Positions 8,831 to 17,405 of a stretch of 18,873 nucleotides of DNA are shown here, in pieces. The DNA is from a bacterium (GTDB lineage: Bacteria; Babelota; Babeliae; Babelales; JABCYS01), in contig DAIDHG010000004.1 of the NCBI GenBank assembly GCA_027452085.1, positions 12,022 through 30,894 on the forward strand, written 5' to 3'. The notes below the pieces were generated by a model. The model saw only the letters and a program-made list of their open reading frames with translations, was not told the DNA's origin and did not search any database. A program made the translations under genes and the position numbers. The stretch's first letter is position 1, and every line of letters begins with the position of its first letter.

Positions 8831-10849
8831 ATGAATCGTTTTTTTAACTATCTCATCATCGCTTTTATCTTTTGGCAGCCATTGATTGCCACACAACAAC
8901 CCTCAATATATGAAACGATTGAGAAGCAGCACATGCGCTCTTTTCAAGCTGAGAGTGTGCAACCGTGGGATGAAACCTCATTTTATAAATATGTGATGCG
9001 CTATTTTAAAGAACAACAACATCCAAATGCGCGCAAGAAGCGTGAGCTTGGCTTTACGCTCTTAAAATCAAATAGGCAGACGAAACAGCCTATTGTTCTT
9101 GATCACAATTCATGGGAAGACCTGAATCTATTTTTCAATAAAAGTGGGCCACAATACTGTTTGGGAGAAATAGTTAATCGCGCGCAGACGGAGGTTGGCA
9201 GAATTACCTTATATCGCCTGCTGGCCCAACCCATTGCAGATAAAGCTGAATTACACAAGAGACAATTGATCATCCGCGAGCTCATGGCAAACGAGTATCT
9301 TTTTGATGCGCTGAGCGATGCCCTGCGGCAGATGCAGAAGAACGAAAATTTAGTTTTGGCATTTTGGGATAATGATTCATTTAAAACCACCAGCCGAAGC
9401 CTGTATTATGATATGGATGGCATAAGGGGCTTGAATAACTCCGCCTATGCGCTCGCTTACAAAAACATCTGCGACAATGCCCAACGGGGCATGTTTTTAG
9501 CTACAAATGCCGCCGCCACGCTCATATTACCGCTCTATACCTTCAGCAGAATAATGCATCTGGCCAACCCGGGTTGGTTTGATACGCTTTCTGGTAGGCT
9601 CATGGGAATGAGCGGGCCCGTGGCTGCATTTGGCTCCATGATTGAAAATCCTTGGATTCAAGGCTCCATTAGTTTAGCCTCTGCCACCTGTTGCGGCTTA
9701 TGGGCAATGAGCATGCTTGATTGGCAACGCGGTAGTTTGGCACTCAATAAAGTTTTGGGCATTCGCGTGACACATACCGCGGCATTTATCACCGCCATGC
9801 GAAAAGCAGCAACTCGCGCCTCCCGCAATAAACTACTCAGCCAAATGCCGGCAGTGCAACTGCTGCAACAGTTCTTTGACCCTCAGACACCACAAGAGCC
9901 AAACGTTACCAGACTCATTCAACTACTCACAACCGATGAGATAGCATGCTCAAGCTTTATCATGAAAAATAGCAAGGAGTTGCTTGCCTATAAGCTCATG
10001 AATGAGGCGAAAGATGATATGGTGCCAGCTATAGCAGCTGCCGGAGAAATTGATGCATATGTCAGTATCGCATCGCTCTATAAAGAGTGTGCGAGCAAGC
10101 CAGTATCGTTCTCATTTGCACAATTTGAAGATGCAGACACGCCGCATATCAGCTTAACCAACTTCTGGAATCCATTTATTTCTGCAGAACAGGTGGTTGC
10201 AAATAGTGTAGAGCTGGGCGGCTGCCATAGAAATAATATGATCGTCACGGGGCCAAATGCTGGTGGAAAATCTACGACACTCAAAGGGATTGCCATTTCA
10301 CTGATCATGGCACAAACATTTGGCATTGTACCAGCACAGCAGGCCATTATTACCCCTTTTACCAATATTGCCTCCTATTTAAATATCACTGATGATATTG
10401 TGGCAGGCCATTCATTATTTAAAGCTGAGGTTATTCGCGCACACAATCTGATTGAAACGGTTGAAAAACTAGGCCCAAAAGAATTTAGCTTTGTGATCTT
10501 AGATGAAATTTTCAATGGCACATCACCACGCGAAGGCGAAGCAGCAGCATACGGCACTGCTAAGCATCTTGGCAGCTTTGATCGAAGCATTGCCATTGTG
10601 GCAACTCACTTTGAAAAACTGACACTTCTTGAAAAAGCGACCGATTCATTTACGAACTATCGCGTTCGTGTGAATAGATTGCCAAATACACAACTACACT
10701 ATCCATTCATAATTGAACCGGGCATTTCTGATCAAAACATTGCGCTCGACATGCTTCGCCTTGAAGGCTTTAAGAGCGAGATTTTAAAAGAGGCTACCGC
10801 TATACTGAATCTTCAAAACCAAAGCAGCGCAGAAAAAGCTCGCTATTAA
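8831..10849 (+). CDS. MutS-related protein (domain III-like plus domain V ATPase) with N-terminal signal/anchor and no mismatch-binding domain
   Basis: TGPNAGGKST, SLFKAEV, ILDEIFNGTSPREG, ATHF, PGISDQNIALD.L; T.VG...L..LL..P......L..RQ..I.EL; hydrophobic N-terminus and central hydrophobic segments. Confidence 0.88.
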   Translation: MNRFFNYLIIAFIFWQPLIATQQPSIYETIEKQHMRSFQAESVQPWDETSFYKYVMRYFKEQQHPNARKKRELGFTLLKSNRQTKQPIVLDHNSWEDLNLFFNKSGPQYCLGEIVNRAQTEVGRITLYRLLAQPIADKAELHKRQLIIRELMANEYLFDALSDALRQMQKNENLVLAFWDNDSFKTTSRSLYYDMDGIRGLNNSAYALAYKNICDNAQRGMFLATNAAATLILPLYTFSRIMHLANPGWFDTLSGRLMGMSGPVAAFGSMIENPWIQGSISLASATCCGLWAMSMLDWQRGSLALNKVLGIRVTHTAAFITAMRKAATRASRNKLLSQMPAVQLLQQFFDPQTPQEPNVTRLIQLLTTDEIACSSFIMKNSKELLAYKLMNEAKDDMVPAIAAAGEIDAYVSIASLYKECASKPVSFSFAQFEDADTPHISLTNFWNPFISAEQVVANSVELGGCHRNNMIVTGPNAGGKSTTLKGIAISLIMAQTFGIVPAQQAIITPFTNIASYLNITDDIVAGHSLFKAEVIRAHNLIETVEKLGPKEFSFVILDEIFNGTSPREGEAAAYGTAKHLGSFDRSIAIVATHFEKLTLLEKATDSFTNYRVRVNRLPNTQLHYPFIIEPGISDQNIALDMLRLEGFKSEILKEATAILNLQNQSSAEKARY

Positions 10850-11008
10850 TTCTAAAGGCTATGGATGCAACAATCGGCAAGCGTTCTTTTTAATTAATTC
10901 GTACAACTGAGCAACTTGTCGCACGATTTGTGCACGCGTAGAGTTAAAATATAAAAATTGCTACAGTGCCGGCCGATACCGTTCGATTGTTTTATAAAAA
11001 AGGGAACG

Positions 11009-12211
11009 ATGCATACGTCTAATATATCACGAACCATTGCCATCATAACCTTCATCGGAGCGTTGGTCACCTTTTTCTCAGCTGATCAGGTACAGTTGTT
11101 TCAAAGAAATCAATCAGCAGCTTTACCAAGAGGCACATTTTCCCCTAAAACATTGGCGCCAACATTTACAACCTTGCCAACTATAGGTATTGAACGAGGA
11201 GATCAGGTTTTGTATGTAGATGCACGTAACCATAACCCGGTGCAAGATGGCTTAAGCTGGGTCACTTCATTTTCGGTCTTACAAGATGCCTTAGATGCGG
11301 CTGAGATTAATCTCAATGTTCATAAAATAAAAATTGCCTGCGGCACCTACAAACCGACAAAAACATATGCCCCACGAGATGAAAACGGCATTCCGGTAGT
11401 TGCTGGGGCTTTTGCCAATCCGGCCTACAATCCCGGAATCACCCAGAACGGCGATTTTCTTAATTATGCCGATGATCCTGATTTTTACCATCACAAACTC
11501 ATCACCTTTAATCTCATTAATGGGGTAAGCTTGGAAGGCGGCTACAACAAAACCTGGGATCATAAAAATACCTGCTACTGCAGCTCATGTCGTACGATTC
11601 TTGATGGAAATCTGGGCACTGAAGCTTCGCCCGATAAGGTCTGGCATGTGGTGTATGTGGGCAATGAGATTACCCAAGAAGGCGTGTGTGCAAATTTAGA
11701 AAATCTGACCATTCAGAATGGCGATGCCAGCCCTGCCCCCTATTACCCTATCAACTATTTTTTAAATCCTGGTCAAATTCCAAACTATTACCATGACGAT
11801 GGTGGCAATATCAACGTTCACTGTAAATCGTTCTTAAATTTATATGAGGTGACCATCAGAAGAGGCACCGGCATTGCTGGTGGTGGTATTTATGCTGATG
11901 ATGGCAGCATTATTAACTGCTATTGCTGTTCGTTTATTGAAAATATTGGCTGCGATGGCGCTGCAATTATCATCCGCAATGGCGGTGTGCATGATTCGGT
12001 AGATTTCAATCACCGTCATTCAACACTGTTATTAAAGGATTGCAATTTTTATCACAACAATGCCACGAATCTTGGATCAGTTGCTGGTTACGACAATTAT
12101 GGCATCGACCCAACACTGGGTGGCCCCAATATCATTATCGATGGCTGCAGCTTTAAAGATTTCACGACAAGTCTGCCAATAACAACCTCAAGTATTAGAC
12201 TGCACGTATAA
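11009..12211 (+). CDS. Secreted or anchored right-handed beta-helix (pectin-lyase-like, Pmp-like) repeat protein; C-terminus possibly frameshifted
   Basis: ATG 11009 after AAGGGA; N-terminal hydrophobic helix; YVD......DG.SW..SF..LQDAL..A, I.IA.GTYKP, TILDG, LTIQNG, GGGIY, F..N...GAAI. Confidence 0.75.
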   Translation: MHTSNISRTIAIITFIGALVTFFSADQVQLFQRNQSAALPRGTFSPKTLAPTFTTLPTIGIERGDQVLYVDARNHNPVQDGLSWVTSFSVLQDALDAAEINLNVHKIKIACGTYKPTKTYAPRDENGIPVVAGAFANPAYNPGITQNGDFLNYADDPDFYHHKLITFNLINGVSLEGGYNKTWDHKNTCYCSSCRTILDGNLGTEASPDKVWHVVYVGNEITQEGVCANLENLTIQNGDASPAPYYPINYFLNPGQIPNYYHDDGGNINVHCKSFLNLYEVTIRRGTGIAGGGIYADDGSIINCYCCSFIENIGCDGAAIIIRNGGVHDSVDFNHRHSTLLLKDCNFYHNNATNLGSVAGYDNYGIDPTLGGPNIIIDGCSFKDFTTSLPITTSSIRLHV

Positions 12212-12302
12212 AAACAACAGCAGCCTCGGGCCCAGCTACGAATCACCTAATAGCTTTGCAGCGGACCAACTTTTACTGCCATGATGCTCTTGCTCATGTT
12301 TT

Positions 12303-12359
12303 TAGCGAGTATGCTCGTTATTAATATCCTGTATGATGTTTCAATGTATCATACGCAGG
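12303..12359. terminator. Two hairpins between convergent genes (possible terminator region)
   Basis: TAGCGAG-TATG-CTCGTTA (12303-12320) and CCTGTATGAT...ATCATACGCAGG (12328-12359, bulged). Confidence 0.4.
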
Positions 12360-12365
12360 CCAATT

Positions 12366-13601
12366 TTAGTTATTCCACAAAGCTGAGACTGGTACTATGT
12401 GAATGTTTTTGGCCAGGGGTAAAACTTGTTTTCCAGAATACAATATAATGCCGCGCACAAAACGATCGCCAAGCTCTTCTTTTAGATACGAAAGCCCTTT
12501 CGCATCACTCGGCAAGACGGTTTCACCGGCTTTGACTTCTATACCAACCACCTGGCCATCGCGATTCTCTAAAACAATATCAACCTCTGTGTAGCCGCTC
12601 ATATGATATAGATTAATTTCTTCTTGCGCCCATGTGGCTTGTTTGTAGAGCTCTTGCACTACAAAATTCTCACATACTTTTCCGACATGATCCGAGGTTG
12701 CCAATCTTTTTGCGTTTAAATTAAGCAAATAAGCAAGCAAACCGGTATCGAGGAGATATGGCTTTGGCGATTTTTTTAGGCGAGATGATAGATTGTTGCT
12801 CCACGCAGGCTGCATGACCACCAAAAAGATTTGCATCAATAATGCCAAATAGCGATGCGCCGTCATAGGAATTATATCTGCATCTTTGGCTAGTTCATTC
12901 ACCACCAATAAATTACCCGCACGCGCAGCCAATAATTTTAATAATTTTGGTAACGCAGATGCCTTTTCTATGCTCGCAATCTCTTGAACATCGCGTAACA
13001 GAATCTGCTCAAGATATTGTCCAAACCAAGCAGCTCTATCTGCTGCGCTCAATTTCTGAACCAGGGGGTAACCACCACGCACCATGATTTCACAGAGGTC
13101 ATTTTTCGATACATATTCAAAAGCCAATGTAGGGTTTTTGGTAAATATTTGCTCGATAAAAGTCTCTTTTTTGTTTTGCAGCTCTCCCTGCGATAGGGGA
13201 TACATGCGCACTGTCTCCATCCGCCCGACTAAAGCCTCGGACAACTTTGGCAAAAGGGTCGGATTTGCTGAACCTGTCAGGGCAAACCGACCGTTTACAG
13301 GCCGATGTTCATACCGTTGCTCGTCAATATCTTTTTTAATAGCCAACGCCAACTCAGGACTGCGTTGAACCTCATCAATAATAACTGGCTTGCGCAAGGT
13401 CTCTATAAACTCTTGAGGCGCCTCCAAGGCCGAAGTCCGAGTCAGTAGATCATCCAATGTCACATACGTGTACTCATGCGACTCCCCTACCTCTTTTATC
13501 AATGTGGTCTTGCCAACCTGACGTGCCCCTGCAAGCAATACAGCAGGCGCTCTGCCCATTGCCTTTAAGAGCTTATCTTCTATATTTCGTTTGTAACCCA
13601 T
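12366..13601 (-). CDS. Second AAA_14/DUF4143 ATP-binding protein, about 411 aa
   Basis: GARQVGKTT, IIDEVQR, LTGSA, EALVGRME, RGGYP, LKKSPKPYLLDTGL, ENFVVQEL, EVDIVLE......GIEVK; start reassigned to ATG 13601 (MGYKRNI) with AAGGA upstream. Confidence 0.92.
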   Translation of the reverse strand: MGYKRNIEDKLLKAMGRAPAVLLAGARQVGKTTLIKEVGESHEYTYVTLDDLLTRTSALEAPQEFIETLRKPVIIDEVQRSPELALAIKKDIDEQRYEHRPVNGRFALTGSANPTLLPKLSEALVGRMETVRMYPLSQGELQNKKETFIEQIFTKNPTLAFEYVSKNDLCEIMVRGGYPLVQKLSAADRAAWFGQYLEQILLRDVQEIASIEKASALPKLLKLLAARAGNLLVVNELAKDADIIPMTAHRYLALLMQIFLVVMQPAWSNNLSSRLKKSPKPYLLDTGLLAYLLNLNAKRLATSDHVGKVCENFVVQELYKQATWAQEEINLYHMSGYTEVDIVLENRDGQVVGIEVKAGETVLPSDAKGLSYLKEELGDRFVRGIILYSGKQVLPLAKNIHIVPVSALWNN

Positions 13602-13823
13602 GCGGGATCCTTTTGCAAAAATAACATTTGTTGTTAGCAATAATAACAATGAAAGTGATAAATGTGCAATATTTCGCCCAAACAAAAGAGCTTCTTTGGG
13701 CTTTGCACTCATAAAAGCCGTGCACTGCCTGAGCAGCTCTGAGCACGGGCTAACAATTTCAGTTAACATGAGATGAAATACTTAACAAAGTTTGAAGAAA
13801 ACCGATGCATGAGGAGCTTAAAT

Positions 13824-14235
13824 ATGAATGAACAGATGAATCAAAAACCGTTAGTGGGCGTAGGCGTCTTAGTCTTTAAAGATAATAAGATCTTAATGGG
13901 GCGCAGAAAAGGCAGCCATGGCGCTGGCACATGGGCACCTCCCGGTGGCCATCTTGAATTTGGCGAGACGCCAGAAGATTGCGCGCACAACGAGAACTAT
14001 TTGAAGAAACCGGCCTTAACGCTCTATCTGTTCGCCCCGGCCCCTGGATTAATGATCTCATCGAAAATAAACATTATATGACCATCAATATCATAGTAGA
14101 TCAATTTACCGGTGCAAGGAACCAAACAAAATTGATACGTGGCAATGGTTCGATTTATACCAATTGCCAACACCTTTGTTGGCACCAATAATAAGCTTGC
14201 TTAAAAGTGGATTTTCCTACAAGCAAACCGAATAG
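13824..14235 (+). pseudogene. NUDIX hydrolase (NUDT15/MutT-like) disrupted by two frameshifts
   Basis: GAGGAG RBS and ATG 13824. Three frames join into ...[14 protein letters not shown] / [11 protein letters not shown]...DQFTG / KEPNKIDTWQWFDLYQLPTPLLAP...stop 14233-14235; breaks at about 13983 and 14114. Confidence 0.85.
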
Positions 14236-14245
14236 GACTTATTCA

Positions 14246-14749
14246 ATGATACCAGTTCGTCATGCAGTGCGTGTATTGCTTATTAACGACAATAAAATCT
14301 TACTTATGCGCGTCAATGCGATGGATATAGATGATGCTGATGGAAAACGCAATCGACAGTTTTGGTGCACCATCGGAGGCGGCATCGATCAGGATGAAAC
14401 AGTACAAAATGCTGCGTTACGCGAACTATATGAAGAAACAAGTTTGGATGCCAATGCGGTTGAACTTGGCCCAATAGTGTGGCTCAGCGATATACATTTA
14501 AAGCTTCGTGGCACTTTAACTCAATTAAAAGAACAATACATTGTCGCAAGAACAACGCACCATTCGGTACGCTTGCATGCACCGACAACAGAAGAACAAC
14601 AAGTGGTTAAGGAATTACGATGGTTCATGCTTGAAGATGTTAAGCGGTGCCCAGACGTTATTTTTCCCGTTTTACTTTCTGACTATCTTCCCGATATATT
14701 GGCGGACAGATATCCAACTGAACCAATTCAGCTCCCGCATGAGAAATAG
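14246..14749 (+). CDS. NUDIX hydrolase
   Basis: R.AVRVLL....KILL, Nudix box GGGIDQDETVQNAALRELYEETSL, ELGPIVW, ELRWF, IFP; ATG 14246 after AGGA. Confidence 0.88.
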   Translation: MIPVRHAVRVLLINDNKILLMRVNAMDIDDADGKRNRQFWCTIGGGIDQDETVQNAALRELYEETSLDANAVELGPIVWLSDIHLKLRGTLTQLKEQYIVARTTHHSVRLHAPTTEEQQVVKELRWFMLEDVKRCPDVIFPVLLSDYLPDILADRYPTEPIQLPHEK

Positions 14750-14962
14750 TGGGCTTCAATTATCTGCCGGCGATCAGCTCAGGTCAGCAACGCAGCCCGT
14801 AAGACATCGGCTTTTTGTATTTCATTTTCCGTTTGATAAGCAGTCATTAGTTTGTACGGTTTCCCATAGAGCTAAAATGCAACATAAAATGATTGAGGGA
14901 ATAAAAAAATACAGTATCTTAGTCGGCAAGAATCTATTATATAATCCAATTAAGGAATTAGA

Positions 14963-16576
14963 ATGACGAATCGACTAAGAACCGTTTTTTTATTTTTTAT
15001 CCTTTTCTTTGTTATTAGCCCAGTACAAGCGAGTAGTTCTCCCGCGCATGATTCTGCTCGTCGATTTGCCTTGTTTGAACGAGCCAAAGAACAAATCCAC
15101 GAGACGTCTCACCATTACAACGGTTTTGGCGAATTGCCAGCTTTGGATGCCTCAGCCTTAAGGAAAGGCTCATCGCTTTTGCGTGATGGTATTCGCTGGA
15201 TTAATAAAAATGGCATTAAAGCTTTGACGCTTTTAGCACTAGCTCAAGCAAATTTAGTCGAAGGGCAGATCGGCTCGCCATTTCAAATTGGCAGCAATAC
15301 ATCTGCACATAGCTGGGAATCTATTGCTGTAAGACCGGATGGTAATGTTTTTGTTGTCTATGACTCGGTAACGCCAGTTCCAAACTCGACTTATGTTCTT
15401 TCTACCGATTATGTTCGTGTAGTTGGCCAGGATGGGCCTATTGGAAATGAGCAAGTTGTGAATGTTTCAACTACCAATTGCGGCAAAGATGTAGCAAGTT
15501 TTGGTGATAATACAGCATTGATTGTCGCGGGATGTTTTGGGCATCCTGTGCTTGGAAGCCTTCGCGATGCAAGTGGAACGGCGTTATCCTCACCATTTAC
15601 GATTTGTTCAAATTCCTATCAATGTGGTGCATCGGGGAATGTTGGTCTTCAAAACGGTAATGTCTTAGTAAGTATGCATGGCCTTGCAACGTTGGGGAAA
15701 ATCTTTGACAAAAACGGTATTGGACAAACTTCGCTGGTTACTTTAGACAATACTGCATCTTATCCTACCTTCTGTGAAGCTACCAATGGAAATATCTTTT
15801 TAGGGTTGGTTACCCAGCAAAGTACAACTAAATTACGTTTTTTCCTTTACGACCCGTCTCTTGTGTTAAAATCCAGCAATACAAATTATGCAATACCTTT
15901 GAGCGCGCCTAATCAGATGGCTTGCGTTGCTTTGGCAAATGATACGATTATGGCTCTCTGGCCTCAATCTCAGGGGTCAAATCAGCAATTTGCTGCTGCT
16001 ATATTCGATGGCACAAATCTATCTCTTAAAGCCACAGTACAAAATCTCCCAACTGTTTTAATGGGGTTTCAAAGCTTCTCCCTAGCATCATTCAATAATG
16101 GCACTAAAGCTCTTTTAGTTTATACTCCTACACAAACTCCTGGGGCGCCGAATGACCCACCCCCTCTTACCAGTATTTCTGGATTGATAATTGATAGTAA
16201 TGGTACCATCTTGGTACAGCCATTTACAATATGGGCAGGTTATGCACAAGAGGTTATAGCAGCTGGTTTACCTAATGGAAATATCTTTATTGCGTGGGAT
16301 GCTAACGCGCAACTGTATGGTCAGACCTTAACCGCAGATTATTTGCAATCATTGCCTTCATCATCCAATCCAGCTTTAACGAGTAGTACTGGTGCTTCTC
16401 AATACACATCATCGAGTGCAAGCTTATCCTTATCATCAAATAGCCAAAGTTTAAGTTCCAGTGGCCGAGCAAATTCCTCAGCAAACGCAGCTAGCGTAGG
16501 CTCTTCAATGAGCGCTCAGGTTCCACTTCTTAGTTTGCTTTTGGCTAAACTTCTTTTGTCTATAGGTGTAATTTGA
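14963..16576 (+). CDS. Secreted/surface protein with about 7 beta-strand repeats (propeller-like), Ser-rich stalk and hydrophobic C-terminal tail
   Basis: Signal peptide ending VQA; repeats PDGNVFVVY, GDNTALIV, QNGNVLVS, TNGNIFLG, ANDTIMALW, NNGTKALLVY, PNGNIFIAW; TAAGGA RBS. Confidence 0.8.
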   Translation: MTNRLRTVFLFFILFFVISPVQASSSPAHDSARRFALFERAKEQIHETSHHYNGFGELPALDASALRKGSSLLRDGIRWINKNGIKALTLLALAQANLVEGQIGSPFQIGSNTSAHSWESIAVRPDGNVFVVYDSVTPVPNSTYVLSTDYVRVVGQDGPIGNEQVVNVSTTNCGKDVASFGDNTALIVAGCFGHPVLGSLRDASGTALSSPFTICSNSYQCGASGNVGLQNGNVLVSMHGLATLGKIFDKNGIGQTSLVTLDNTASYPTFCEATNGNIFLGLVTQQSTTKLRFFLYDPSLVLKSSNTNYAIPLSAPNQMACVALANDTIMALWPQSQGSNQQFAAAIFDGTNLSLKATVQNLPTVLMGFQSFSLASFNNGTKALLVYTPTQTPGAPNDPPPLTSISGLIIDSNGTILVQPFTIWAGYAQEVIAAGLPNGNIFIAWDANAQLYGQTLTADYLQSLPSSSNPALTSSTGASQYTSSSASLSLSSNSQSLSSSGRANSSANAASVGSSMSAQVPLLSLLLAKLLLSIGVI

Positions 16577-16815
16577 AGGTAGGTAAAAATTCGATAGCGC
16601 GGCTATTTTCACGACTAGCAATGCCAATGCCATTGTTTGCACCCATGACAAGATTGCTCCAAAGCGGCTTGTTCTAACTCAAACATATGTGAGAAAATGT
16701 AAGAGAAATTTTGGTCACGATTAATTACGAGTTTAATAAAACTAACCAACACTATGTAATTCTATAAAATAGGTGGCCCAACAGCTTTTCTTCACACATC
16801 AATCTCTCAGAAAAA

Positions 16816-16874
16816 GAGGTCTAGAGCGGGTTCTTAGTCTGGTGCTCCACCCGGTTCACTGACTCCAACACCAC
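16816..16874 (+). mobile_element. Structured non-coding segment resembling an IS110/IS1111-family non-coding end remnant; no transposase in the window
   Basis: GC-richer island GAGGTCTAGAGCGGGTTCTTAGTCTGGTGCTCCACCCGGTTCACTGACTCCAACACCAC within AT-rich intergenic DNA; folds as stem, internal loop, hairpin. Family resemblance is from memory only. Confidence 0.4.
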
Positions 16875-16951
16875 ATTTTTTATTGAATTTTTAGGCGCAA
16901 CCCCTAAAATTCATAGGAAAAAATAAATTCCTATTCTCAAAAGGATTTTTC

Positions 16952-17359
16952 ATGTCAATCATACGATTTAAAGCTGAAAAATTAATTCGCGACAAGATGC
17001 CTACCAACCTACACAACAAAGGCATCAGCGCGGCCACAAAAGAATTGTCATCGCACGAGTATTTAGCCCAGCTCAAAGACAAGTTAGTCGAAGAGGCACA
17101 GGAAGTTTTTGAATGCAAAGACAAACAAGAGCTTATTGAAGAGTTGGCAGACGTACTTGAAGTCGTGCGCGCGATCTCTTGGGGTCATCAGATTGCCCTG
17201 GAAGAAGTTGAAGCGGTTCGCCAGCAAAAACGGGAAAAACGGGGCGGGTTTGAAAACAAAACCTATTGCACCACTTTTGAAATGGATGAAACTCATCCAG
17301 ATATTGGCTATTATTTGAGCAAACCACATGTGTATCCTGTGATTCATGAAGGGAATTAA
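16952..17359 (+). CDS. MazG-like nucleoside-triphosphate pyrophosphohydrolase (PRA-PH-like house-cleaning enzyme)
   Basis: KLIRDKMP, L.DKLVEEAQE, EELADVLEV, VE.VR..KREKRGGF; AAGGA RBS. Confidence 0.9.
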   Translation: MSIIRFKAEKLIRDKMPTNLHNKGISAATKELSSHEYLAQLKDKLVEEAQEVFECKDKQELIEELADVLEVVRAISWGHQIALEEVEAVRQQKREKRGGFENKTYCTTFEMDETHPDIGYYLSKPHVYPVIHEGN

Positions 17360-17405
17360 TTTCGAAATACCGTGTCTCTTTAGGCTCATACAATGCTCAT
17401 AGTCT

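Noticed and set aside
3299..13601. Composite transposon bounded by the two inverted ATPase genes
   Set aside because: The paralogues are highly diverged, have no transposase motifs and show no terminal repeats
13602..13769. 56-aa extension of the second ATPase
   Set aside because: Family N-terminus begins at MGYKRNI with an RBS; the extension spans the divergent promoter
14541..14966. 141-aa ORF bridging NUDIX and the secreted protein
   Set aside because: Overlaps a real gene out of frame and has no recognisable motif
16350..16510. Possible DNA tandem repeat in the Ser-rich stalk
   Set aside because: Mixed Ser codons; protein low complexity only
16580..16880. 6S RNA, tRNA or riboswitch
   Set aside because: I could not identify a long 6S-type rod, a cloverleaf or a known aptamer consensus; an Rfam scan is needed to exclude these fully
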